In this document: positions 46,402-55,817 of the stretch, one piece after another
How the letters are laid out: each line of letters starts with the position of its first letter
How positions within the stretch are numbered: the first letter of the stretch is position 1
IMG/VR virus record: IMGVR_UViG_3300020200_000031
Span: 1 to 59,768 of that record
Source: a virus
Taxonomy: Duplodnaviria; Caudoviricetes
DNA: 59,768 bases
Reading direction: 5' to 3' (one strand)
Program-made: the position numbers and the translations under genes
Notes under the pieces: generated by a model
The model's database searches: none
What the model was told of the DNA's origin: nothing
Seen by the model: the letters and a program-made list of their open reading frames with translations, nothing else

Positions 46402-46938
46402 ATGAGCAACAGTGAACTTTACACAACACCAGAAGACCCCAAAAAGCCAGTTAAACCAGCAGAAAAATTGAACAAAAAAGATGAGCCAACTCTTCTTGCG
46501 CAATTAACCGCCGCGGTGAAAAAGAAAGTAGAACGTCCCCAAGTTCTACTTATTATTCCCGAACGCCCGAATATCAAACTGATTATCAGCCCAAACATTA
46601 CGCAAAATCAACTTCGTAACTGGCGTAAACTTTCTGGCGAAGACAGCAAAAATGGCATGGATGCGCTTAAATTTTCCTGCTTGGTGGTCGGCAGTACGAC
46701 CGTGGGCATGATGTTTAACGACGAAGAGGTCAGGGATGCCGACGGTGTCGAATTGACCTTTGCGTCCGATTTGATTATGCAAATGACAGATACGACTCGT
46801 CCTCAGCCGGATTGTATCCGTGCGTTTTTCGGCGTTGACCCGCACATCGAATCCGCAGCCGTCAAAATCCTTGAGGCGGCCGGATATGCGGATACTGTTG
46901 ACACAGAGGACCCTACGAAGGAGTCTTCGACGATTTAG
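46402..46938 (+). CDS. Tail assembly chaperone (gpG-like)
   Basis: Between tube and tape measure genes; ends ...EDPTKESSTI. Confidence 0.8.
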   Translation: MSNSELYTTPEDPKKPVKPAEKLNKKDEPTLLAQLTAAVKKKVERPQVLLIIPERPNIKLIISPNITQNQLRNWRKLSGEDSKNGMDALKFSCLVVGSTTVGMMFNDEEVRDADGVELTFASDLIMQMTDTTRPQPDCIRAFFGVDPHIESAAVKILEAAGYADTVDTEDPTKESSTI

Positions 46939-47102
46939 TCGAAGATTCCTTAATCATAAACGCCGCTCGTCTTGGTGAATTGTGGGGCACAAACCCACTG
47001 ACTTTATTGGATTGTTCTCCTGATGAATGGATGATACTGATGGCATGTGCTAAAGTTGTATCTGACGACCGCGAGCGAGAACGGCGCGAAACGGAGAAGT
47101 AG
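46911..47102 (+). CDS. Tail assembly chaperone extension (gpT-like), -1 frame, no obvious own start
   Basis: The -1 frame is open from GGACCCT (46908-46914): PYEGVFDDLVEDSLIINAARLGELWGTNPLTLLDCSPDEW... to TAG at 47100-47102. Confidence 0.7.
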   Translation, partial: PYEGVFDDLVEDSLIINAARLGELWGTNPLTLLDCSPDEWMILMACAKVVSDDRERERRETEK

Positions 47103-47164
47103 CACTCCACTCTGCCCGAGTCACATAAAGGGACTTTTTGTTCCTTATAAGGACTTAGGAAAAA

Positions 47165-50100
47165 ATGCCTGATACACGCGCAGTAATACGCATAGACACA
47201 AAAGATGACGGTGGTCCCAGAAAGTCAACCGAACGTGTCGATGAACTTGGCGACCACGCGACTAAAACTGCTGCCAGACTTAAAATATTGGGCAGCGCCG
47301 CAAATAGTACGTCCAAAAAACTTCTCGGGCTTGCATCGTCTGCAACTGCTGCTGGCGCCGCTTTAGAAACCGTTAATAAAAAAAGCCAAATTTTAACTCG
47401 CGTAATGTATGCCGGCACCAAAATGCTCCGCATGTGGGGCAGCGTACTACAAAAATTCATAACGGGGGGTTTGAAACTTGCAACGATTGCTTTGGGCGCA
47501 TTGTCGGTTTCGTTTGTTGGAATCCACGCTCTTTTTGTGACGGGCAGATTTTTGGTGAAATCGTACCACGTAGCCCTACAGGGTCTTGCCGCCGGCGCCG
47601 CGGGAGCGGCCGTAGCGATTGGCCTGGCATCATCGGCAATTCGTGAGCAACAGGCGGCAATGTTTGCGTATACAGGGAGAAACAACAAGGAATTTGGCAA
47701 AGGATTAAACCAAGTGAGGGTCAATATGCGAGGCCTTCAAATGGATGCTCAACTTGCCGGGATTGGCGTTGAAACCCTGAATAAGGCATACGCAGAAATT
47801 GCAAAAACAAAAACCGGATATTTGGCCAGCAGTAAAAGTTTGTTGAAGGATTTGTCAGATTTTGCATCAGCCGGACAACCGCTTGAAGAAGGAATGGTCA
47901 AAGCAGCAAAAGTTGTTGCGGCAATTCAGGACCCCAAAAAAGGTGTTGGCTCTATCAAGGCGGCATTCAAAGAACTTGGTCCAGCCGCAGAAGAAGCATT
48001 AAAGAAAGCGGCCAAAGAAGGAATTAACACCAAAAAAGAATTTATAGAAGCCATGAAAAGCGGCAAACTGTCTGCCCTCGGTGGTGTCACGGGCCAAATG
48101 GACGCGGTCAACAACACCATCATCGGACAACTTAAAAAATATTTTAATTTAATTCGCGGCCAATTTGCTGATTTTGGTCAACAATTTTTGCCTGAAGCAA
48201 AAGTTGGTCTAGAAAGAATTTACAGAATTATCACCCGCACTATGCAAATGTCATCGGGCGCGCTGGTCGGATGGGAAAAACGAGGCGGTTTCGTCGATGC
48301 GATAGTCAACGCTACGCAAAAAGTTTCGGATTTCTACCTGCGCCTCATTCGAGATTATTTACCAAAATCCGAAGGAATGTTTAACCGACTTGGTCAATGG
48401 TGGAGTAATTTTAAGGAGGGCTGGAACGACATACTCCGACAACTGAGACCATTCATTGACGGCGCTCGAATAATTGAAAAAATGTTTGGTAACGCCTGGA
48501 GACCCATCTGGGCCGAAATCACTGATGCTTCGCGTGAATTCAACAGAATGCTTCAATTCAACAGGCAACAGTTTGAAAAATTGGGCTCAACAATCGGGGA
48601 ATCGGTGGCAGAATTGCTAACGATTCTCAGGGTTTTTCAGAGGGTTATTCAAGAAAACCTTCCGTTTATTAACAACATGATTCGTGGCCTGAAGGTGATA
48701 GCAGAACAATTCACACGAGTTTTCAAATTCATGGAAGGTCTTCCGTTTTTTGGCGGCCAACTTGGAAGCCAGGGCGCCACGGCATTGATGCTCGCTATGG
48801 CTCGTGGAATGAAAACCGCGAGAGGAACTGTTGTTGACGAAAAAAAATTGACTCAAACAATGAATGTTCAAGCAAGACAGGTTACCATATGGGGTACCGC
48901 ACAGGGTGCTTATCAAGGATTCAAATTGGGTTCAAATCCGGCGATTGCTAGCGCAACTGGGGGTTTTGGGCCCTTGGTTGGTGCGGTTACGGGTGGGGCT
49001 ATGAAAGGTGGTTGGCTGGGCCCAGGGGCCCAAAACCTGTGGGAAAAAAATTATCCGCTGCTCAGAACTGCAAACGCCTTGACTGGTGGTCCAGACAGGG
49101 TCGGCGGCGCTTCGGGCGCACTTGGCCTGAGTGCATCAACAAGCAGTCTTGCTAGCGCCGCCACTTCTATGGGCAGTGCACTTAGTTCTTCGACTGGTGG
49201 CCTTAATAGTTTTACTAGTGCCCTAAGCAATGCGACCCGTGCCGTTACCGGTCGTGGGATGCCAACGGGCACAACCCCCTGGGCACCACCAACAGGCCCT
49301 AGTAGCCCAGGTGCTGGTTACGTGCCATTTAGTATTCCGGGCGGTACTAGTTCTCCTTTTACGCCCCCCCCATCAAGTAGCGGTAAGGGATTGCTCGGTA
49401 AGTGGTTCATGCATGGACCACCAATGTTTGAAGGGCGTGGAAAAGTTAAAGCAGGCAAAGGTAGTAGGTACGGCATATCTAGACACTTTAGTGCGCTAAG
49501 TCGAGGGACCGGAAGAATTATGAGTGTCTCCAACCAAATAAAAGCAGACCGAGATGAGCGCGGTTCGAAATTCAAGATGGACGGCATGATTGGTGCGTTC
49601 TTGCTGCAGCAGAGTTTGTCAAAACTTTCAAACAGGGTGGGGGACGAAGATATTAAGGGGGGCCTTGGTCTTGCATCCGCGATGGCTTTGTTTAGTCCAA
49701 AATTGGCGGCCGGAATCGCTGGCGGCACGTTCGCTGTTAAAAGCGGCAACATGGGTCTAGCGATAGGTGGTGGCGCGCTCGCAGGCGCTCAGATTGGCAA
49801 ATCGTTTGGCCCGATGGGCACAGCATTGGGTATGGCAATCGGAACAATCACCGGTGCCATCATGGCGCCAATCAACGCCCTCAAGGCAAAAAGAAAAGAA
49901 GCAGGCGCGATGGTTGATTCGTTCTTCGCCAACTCGTTCGGAAAATTTTTGGTGAATATGTCGTTGATTGAGAATGCGGCCAGAAATTCGGGCGCAAAAG
50001 AAACAACAATAACAAATCAAATGAAAAAACAAACCGACCAGTACAAAATGTTTGCCGAACTTTCCAAGAAAGGCGCTCTGTTGGGTGGCAAAAAAGCAAG

Positions 50101-52006
50101 TAGGCAGAGTTTTGTTGAGTCAGTGACAATGGGCGCCGGCGTAGGTACGGGTGTAGGAATGGCCGCCGGTACCGGCTTAGGTATAGCGACATCCGGACTG
50201 ACAGGCGGGATAAGTATCCCTGCCGGCATGGCGGGTGGCCTTCTTTTGGGTGGCCTTCTTGGGGGCGTAGCAGGGGGAATAGGTTGGGGAGTACAAAAGG
50301 GTGTTGATTTTTTTGGGGGCGCTTCAGCGGAAGACAAACGCAATAGGAAGATAAGGCAATCTACGGTTAAAGAAATTTATGCGGCGGGCGGAATGAGTAC
50401 TGCACAATTCGAACGCTTGACCAGCAAACACAAAAGGAGATTTGCTGGAGACCAAGAAGTTGATGATGACCTACAAGCACTCTTTCTTGACAAATTCTTT
50501 AAAAAAAGTGAAGCAATGGCACTTGCTAGCGAAAATGCAGAGAAGACAGTAAATGCTCGCCTTAAGTTGATGGAGCAAATGACAGGCAAGTCATCAATGG
50601 AATTGGTGAGCCTTGCCCAAACTATGGGTGTCAACTTGGCAGATTCCACGCAGGATTTCAATGACCAACTAAAACAACTTGGGGTGACGGTTGTCAAAAC
50701 GGCTGGACAAATTAATCAGGCGGTTAGCGAATTAGCGACAAATGCCTTTGCCAAAGCATTTGACACCACAATCAGGCAAGAAAAAGCGCCTTTAATTCTT
50801 GATGAAGCAATCAAAAATTTTAGGCAGGATTTCAACCAGCGTGGCGCCAACGCGACAGTAACAGCAGAAGACGCGCAATCAGTTTTTTCTACCTATTTAG
50901 AACAACTTACCAACGCATATGGCGGCGATTCTGTTAAAGCGTTTTTTGAACTTGAACGTCAAATAGGAACCGCGGGCGGTCTCGCATTCCGGGAAATCAA
51001 TCCGGCAACAGGCAAAAAAAATCCTCTTGGTGGTTTGGGCAATTTATTTTTCCAAGGCATGTCTGGTCAGGCAATAAATGAGGCCATGGGGAGCACTCGC
51101 AGCGGTTTAATGGGCACAATGTTGCCGCAACTAGGCGCAATATTGGCCCAGGGCCAAAGAAGCCTTGGGCAAGGCGGAATCAAAGCAGTCGAAAACAAAT
51201 TTAAAACCTTGAGTCTGGATGAGCAAGAAAGATTTTTTACCGCCATCAGGGATAACAATATTGGAAGTAGGCCTGAAGATTTCTTCGCGCGCTTTGGTAT
51301 GACTGGCTCTGAGTTTCAATTGCAAGAAATAAGCGAAACATCCGCTGCGTTCGCAATGGCAAAAGACAATGCGGAAAAAGAAAAAGTATTGCTTGAGGCT
51401 GAAAGAGAAGTCGTTGAAGGTATGGCGAAATTTTTCGGTCCTGCTTCAGAGAACCCAGAATGGTGGAGCAAAGACGCCTTGAGAGACCTCTTCATAGAAG
51501 CAGGCATAATAAAGGAGGAGCCGGATACGAGTACTCCTCGCGGGGGGAGATTCGGCGACACGACAGGCTCAAGGTTGTCGAGAACGCTTGCACGCCACAG
51601 CGCAATAAACGACATGGTTGCCGGCCGCCGCTCAATCACGTCAGCATTCAGAACGCACAATTTAGGCTCCATAAATTCCGACCACGTAACTGGTCGCGCA
51701 TATGATTTGGTCGGAAATCAACTTGGAATGTACAAAACGATTGTCGAAAGGCAAGGCGGTTTTGCAGAGTTCCATGGTGGTTCAACAAACCGACATTTGC
51801 ATGTCGTTCCGGGCCCTGGCGGACCAATGGGCGACACGGTTTCCCCATACACCAGACCCATGCAACGCCCAGTTATCCCCGCAACGGTCAGTCGTGGGGA
51901 TATATCCGTGAACCTAAACGTAAACGGCATTGGCATCAAAGAAGCCATTCCCCAAATTAAAGCCGAATTAGAACGCGCGCTTTACGAATATCAGAATAGG
52001 TCGTAA
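47165..52006 (+). CDS. Tape measure protein with C-terminal M15-like (DD-peptidase fold) zinc peptidase
   Basis: 1613 aa, Ala/Gly-rich helical with TM segments; ITSAFR...SDHVTGRAYDL...HLHV. Confidence 0.9.
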   Translation: MPDTRAVIRIDTKDDGGPRKSTERVDELGDHATKTAARLKILGSAANSTSKKLLGLASSATAAGAALETVNKKSQILTRVMYAGTKMLRMWGSVLQKFITGGLKLATIALGALSVSFVGIHALFVTGRFLVKSYHVALQGLAAGAAGAAVAIGLASSAIREQQAAMFAYTGRNNKEFGKGLNQVRVNMRGLQMDAQLAGIGVETLNKAYAEIAKTKTGYLASSKSLLKDLSDFASAGQPLEEGMVKAAKVVAAIQDPKKGVGSIKAAFKELGPAAEEALKKAAKEGINTKKEFIEAMKSGKLSALGGVTGQMDAVNNTIIGQLKKYFNLIRGQFADFGQQFLPEAKVGLERIYRIITRTMQMSSGALVGWEKRGGFVDAIVNATQKVSDFYLRLIRDYLPKSEGMFNRLGQWWSNFKEGWNDILRQLRPFIDGARIIEKMFGNAWRPIWAEITDASREFNRMLQFNRQQFEKLGSTIGESVAELLTILRVFQRVIQENLPFINNMIRGLKVIAEQFTRVFKFMEGLPFFGGQLGSQGATALMLAMARGMKTARGTVVDEKKLTQTMNVQARQVTIWGTAQGAYQGFKLGSNPAIASATGGFGPLVGAVTGGAMKGGWLGPGAQNLWEKNYPLLRTANALTGGPDRVGGASGALGLSASTSSLASAATSMGSALSSSTGGLNSFTSALSNATRAVTGRGMPTGTTPWAPPTGPSSPGAGYVPFSIPGGTSSPFTPPPSSSGKGLLGKWFMHGPPMFEGRGKVKAGKGSRYGISRHFSALSRGTGRIMSVSNQIKADRDERGSKFKMDGMIGAFLLQQSLSKLSNRVGDEDIKGGLGLASAMALFSPKLAAGIAGGTFAVKSGNMGLAIGGGALAGAQIGKSFGPMGTALGMAIGTITGAIMAPINALKAKRKEAGAMVDSFFANSFGKFLVNMSLIENAARNSGAKETTITNQMKKQTDQYKMFAELSKKGALLGGKKASRQSFVESVTMGAGVGTGVGMAAGTGLGIATSGLTGGISIPAGMAGGLLLGGLLGGVAGGIGWGVQKGVDFFGGASAEDKRNRKIRQSTVKEIYAAGGMSTAQFERLTSKHKRRFAGDQEVDDDLQALFLDKFFKKSEAMALASENAEKTVNARLKLMEQMTGKSSMELVSLAQTMGVNLADSTQDFNDQLKQLGVTVVKTAGQINQAVSELATNAFAKAFDTTIRQEKAPLILDEAIKNFRQDFNQRGANATVTAEDAQSVFSTYLEQLTNAYGGDSVKAFFELERQIGTAGGLAFREINPATGKKNPLGGLGNLFFQGMSGQAINEAMGSTRSGLMGTMLPQLGAILAQGQRSLGQGGIKAVENKFKTLSLDEQERFFTAIRDNNIGSRPEDFFARFGMTGSEFQLQEISETSAAFAMAKDNAEKEKVLLEAEREVVEGMAKFFGPASENPEWWSKDALRDLFIEAGIIKEEPDTSTPRGGRFGDTTGSRLSRTLARHSAINDMVAGRRSITSAFRTHNLGSINSDHVTGRAYDLVGNQLGMYKTIVERQGGFAEFHGGSTNRHLHVVPGPGGPMGDTVSPYTRPMQRPVIPATVSRGDISVNLNVNGIGIKEAIPQIKAELERALYEYQNRS

Positions 52007-52009
52007 TTT

Positions 52010-53887
52010 ATGCCAAGTGACCCCCATGGCGCTTATTCGTTAAAAGCCTCGTATGCCAATGTGGGCGTTGCGAGAATAATAACTATTCCCAAAACCAGCG
52101 ATTCTGATTCTACTTTTATTTATCGAGAATCAGATTTTATCTTAACGAATTTGCTTCCCAATTTACAATCCGTATATGGCATAAATCCTGTAATTTTTCG
52201 AAAATGGGATATAACTAATGCACGCAACTGGGTGATAGTTGGGAACGATTATTACCTTGTAAAGATGCACGATAAAACGCCCTCTGCTTCTTTGGTCACA
52301 TCTATTGGCAATAAAAACGAGATTTCTTTGTATTGTGGGACGGACAGCGCCCCAGGGCCAAAAACATTTATTGCCGGACACTCAATTCCTCGAGTTCAGG
52401 GGTATATCTCAGGACGGTGGGCTTCTCGGGAATCAGCAAATAGAAATGTTAGCGGCCAAAACATAAACGGCAACGAAATACCCGAGGTAGCAAGAAGACA
52501 TCAAATTCCTGATTTTTCTCCGGGTGACGTTTCTGCAAATTCTGCACTAGTCGTAACCAACGATGACAGCACGGTTCTCGAGGCCAATGCATCAAAAGAA
52601 GAAGTTGCAAACGCTTGGCAACTATGGCTCAATATGGGCAAAACTCATGGTTTTGACTCTGCAATTACGGAAAAAACACAATTATATTTTCAAAATTCTA
52701 GAGGGCAAGGCGAAGGTTTTGTTAGAACGAAAATCACTACGTTTGCACAATTGAAAGCGATTTTTCCTAGATATTTTCAATTTGACAAACAACTTGAAGC
52801 CGAATCTTTTGAGGCTCTTGCCGGCAATAGTTGGATAAATAAATATTACGTCGATGGAAGGTGGTGGGACGTTGAAAGGGGATACATCGGTCTTTGGGAA
52901 ATATTTGCACGAAGAGGTTTATCCGAAGCGGCTATTAAAAGAGAATTATTAGATGGTGGATACACAGAAGAGCAAATAAACGCGATACGTGCAGTTAAGG
53001 GTGTTACCGCAGCACAGTTGACAGGTTCGGATTCCGGGTCTGGTGGGTCTGGTGGTTCCGGTGGTTCTAAGGGTTCTGGTGGCGCAAAAACTGGCGATAA
53101 TCAAACATGGACCGGGCCCGAGGGTTATCAATCAGGGCTAATCCAACAAATAACTATTCAGCGCAGTAGAAATATTTTCCTCACCTCTGACGAAATTCTT
53201 ACTGCTATTGGTAATGACCAACGAGCGCTTAGTGAGCGAAACAGAACCGCAAGACCAATTATGTATCAAGTTTATCTTGACGGCTCGACGGACGCGGTAT
53301 CAGGACAGCCCCTAATTAATCAATACATATTTGATTTGGCCCCAAATGAAATTAATTATTCAAATTTTGGCGGCGAATGGGTTTCTATCGAACGAATTGG
53401 TGGCTTCCCGTATATTGACTGGAAAAATTTTAAATTATTGCAAATTTCCATTCAATTCACGATTGCCGTGAACTTCGGGAATACGAACACGGGAGACGGA
53501 TTGCAAATTTCGGCTATGGAACAGATTAAAAAATTGCAAAGAATGGCTCAAACGCCCTTTCCGGTAATGTTTTATCGTTTTGACGAATTGCTTACAAATC
53601 AATTTAGATATGACGACTCGGGCACGCCAAGGGGAATTCAATTTATAATTCAAGACTTGTCAATTAGCGCAACCCAACGTAATGAAAACATGGAAATTAC
53701 TCGGGCTACGGCAAATCTCACCTTGCAAGAAATTCCAATTGAGCGGACGAATTTAATCGGTATGCCGCGTTTGGTTCATAAAAAAATCAAACCAGATGAA
53801 CCGGTCCCATTCACTGACCCAGAATATGGTCTCACAAGTGCCAATTTGACAAGTCCACCCGACCGAACAGTTACATATAGGAACTAG
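52010..53887 (+). CDS. Tail tube initiator-like protein with long N-terminal domain
   Basis: C-terminal FDLAPNEINYS...IER...LQISIQF...ITRATANLTLQE; Gly/Ser linker; follows tape measure. Confidence 0.6.
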   Translation: MPSDPHGAYSLKASYANVGVARIITIPKTSDSDSTFIYRESDFILTNLLPNLQSVYGINPVIFRKWDITNARNWVIVGNDYYLVKMHDKTPSASLVTSIGNKNEISLYCGTDSAPGPKTFIAGHSIPRVQGYISGRWASRESANRNVSGQNINGNEIPEVARRHQIPDFSPGDVSANSALVVTNDDSTVLEANASKEEVANAWQLWLNMGKTHGFDSAITEKTQLYFQNSRGQGEGFVRTKITTFAQLKAIFPRYFQFDKQLEAESFEALAGNSWINKYYVDGRWWDVERGYIGLWEIFARRGLSEAAIKRELLDGGYTEEQINAIRAVKGVTAAQLTGSDSGSGGSGGSGGSKGSGGAKTGDNQTWTGPEGYQSGLIQQITIQRSRNIFLTSDEILTAIGNDQRALSERNRTARPIMYQVYLDGSTDAVSGQPLINQYIFDLAPNEINYSNFGGEWVSIERIGGFPYIDWKNFKLLQISIQFTIAVNFGNTNTGDGLQISAMEQIKKLQRMAQTPFPVMFYRFDELLTNQFRYDDSGTPRGIQFIIQDLSISATQRNENMEITRATANLTLQEIPIERTNLIGMPRLVHKKIKPDEPVPFTDPEYGLTSANLTSPPDRTVTYRN

Positions 53888-53889
53888 GA

Positions 53890-55128
53890 ATGAGCAACGT
53901 ATCTTTTGCTGATATTGAGGGCGGCGGTGGCGGAAATAATAGTGGCGGCATTGTAAAAACCCAAGGTTCGCAACGTCAAATTCCAATCGTGTTTTTTTAT
54001 ACACGCTCAAATAAGCCGAGCATCGATTTTGTTTCAAAACTTTCGGAAAACATTCTTGACATAAGCGTTAATTATTCGATTTCTGCCTCAACTGCCATAA
54101 CTTTTTCCGTGCTTGACCCGGGGTTGGAAATAACAAAAAGAAATTACTTTCAGCCCGGTCAACCGTTCATATATCGAAGTCACAATACAAAACGTTTGCG
54201 AGACCTGAACAACTACTCGCAAATTGCAATAGATGATTATGTGGGATACATAATGGAAATTGCAGACGTCACGATAGAACAATCGCAGGGTAATTCGCCA
54301 ATTGTGAGGGTGCAGGGGTATACGAGAGCAATTCAACAAATGAAACGCGACAGACAGCCTGGAGTTATAAAAGGGTCAAATCACCAATTTGTTATTAACG
54401 CGGCCAAAAAATATGGGCTCGGTGCTGTTGTTCAGCCGACCTCCAAGGACAAAAATATTACGTCGGCCGATGGTGAAAAGGTGGCCGATTCATTGTGGGA
54501 TGTCCTAACAAGATTGGCTAGCGAATCAAAAGATGAAAACAAAAATCCCTACACTATTTTTGAGTCTGACGGCACATTATATTTTGGCACCCAACAATGG
54601 CTTCTTTACAAATGGGGCCACGACTCTTATCCACATACTCAATTTAACAAAAAACTTAAAAAGGATGTTACGACAACTCGGTACGTTAGTTATTTGCACT
54701 ATCCGCCAAGAAAAATAAACGGAGTACCAGATAATCGTTTCGTTTTAAACCAGATGCCCACCATGCACAAGGCGGAAAATGACCCGCTGGAGGGTGATGG
54801 TAGTTGTATTGTTGAAAGACTAAATGGAACCCGATTAAGACCAGGTATGACGGTAAATGTCGGAGAAATTCCTTGGCACACCGACGATTTTTTAATTACA
54901 TCTGTTGACTACCAAGAAATGGTTACTGACCCGGTAAACATCAGTTTTGCTACGCCGCCAATACAGGAAAAGAAAATTAAACAAATAGAAGTTGGTACAA
55001 TTTATCCAGGCTCTATTGAATGGGCAACTGTTGAGGCATTTGCGGCAGTAATCCCTGGGTCGTATTACGGGTCGTCTCACAACCGGTGGCGAAGGGGCGG
55101 TTTCGGAGGAGTGTCTGAAATAGAATGA
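53890..55128 (+). CDS. Baseplate hub (P2 gpD/T4 gp27-like)
   Basis: AKKYGL, SLWDVLTRLA, IFESDGTLYFG, LRPGMTV. Confidence 0.8.
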   Translation: MSNVSFADIEGGGGGNNSGGIVKTQGSQRQIPIVFFYTRSNKPSIDFVSKLSENILDISVNYSISASTAITFSVLDPGLEITKRNYFQPGQPFIYRSHNTKRLRDLNNYSQIAIDDYVGYIMEIADVTIEQSQGNSPIVRVQGYTRAIQQMKRDRQPGVIKGSNHQFVINAAKKYGLGAVVQPTSKDKNITSADGEKVADSLWDVLTRLASESKDENKNPYTIFESDGTLYFGTQQWLLYKWGHDSYPHTQFNKKLKKDVTTTRYVSYLHYPPRKINGVPDNRFVLNQMPTMHKAENDPLEGDGSCIVERLNGTRLRPGMTVNVGEIPWHTDDFLITSVDYQEMVTDPVNISFATPPIQEKKIKQIEVGTIYPGSIEWATVEAFAAVIPGSYYGSSHNRWRRGGFGGVSEIE

Positions 55129-55514
55129 AACAAAGCGGAAACATCAACAGGGCGAAGGCTTCGTCTCATCCTCTTGTGGCGGGTGGGGTTTATATTGGAG
55201 TTATTAAAGCATTTGTCGATAATCGTGCTACGGTGCGGGTTCAACAATTGGGTTGCGTATTTAAAGATGTTGAATTTTTGAATAGTTCGACACGAAATAT
55301 TTTGGCCAAAAACGACCGGGTATTGTGTACCTTCATTGACCAGGAAACAAATGAATTATTCATTATTGGCCCATTTAATAAAAAACTAGACACCTTCACT
55401 GGAAAAGATAAATTTAATGCCTTAATTGATGCTATGCAAACAGAAATTAACGCTCTACGGGCCGCCGCTGGTCTTGGTAATTCAAACCTTAACTCGTTAA
55501 AACAGGTTGATTGA
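55125..55514 (+). CDS. Short baseplate spike (gpV/gp45-like OB-fold)
   Basis: GVYIGVI...VRVQQL...NDRVLCTF...IIG. Confidence 0.7.
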   Translation: MKQSGNINRAKASSHPLVAGGVYIGVIKAFVDNRATVRVQQLGCVFKDVEFLNSSTRNILAKNDRVLCTFIDQETNELFIIGPFNKKLDTFTGKDKFNALIDAMQTEINALRAAAGLGNSNLNSLKQVD

Positions 55515-55516
55515 CC

Positions 55517-55813
55517 ATGGATATTTTAAAATTTCCATTTAGTTTTTCTACCAAACGTGAGTTCTCTAAACTTAAAGAAGGAACGGATGATTATATTCGT
55601 CAAATGATAAGTGTCTGTATTTTAACGGAACCATTTATTTTGCCGTTAACGCCTGATTTTGGCGTTGCCGACCCTACGTTTTCAACACTGTCTCCAGCAA
55701 CTCTTATGTTGAACGTTTCCAAATACATACCTGAAGTTTCTTTAATATCCGTAGATTCGAGTTTAAACGAAGAAACTGGAACGGTCAGTGTAAAATTCTT
55801 ATACAACAGGTAA
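55517..55813 (+). CDS. Baseplate wedge gp25-like protein
   Basis: LKFPF, LTEP...PDFGVADP. Confidence 0.8.
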   Translation: MDILKFPFSFSTKREFSKLKEGTDDYIRQMISVCILTEPFILPLTPDFGVADPTFSTLSPATLMLNVSKYIPEVSLISVDSSLNEETGTVSVKFLYNR

Positions 55814-55817
55814 AGAC

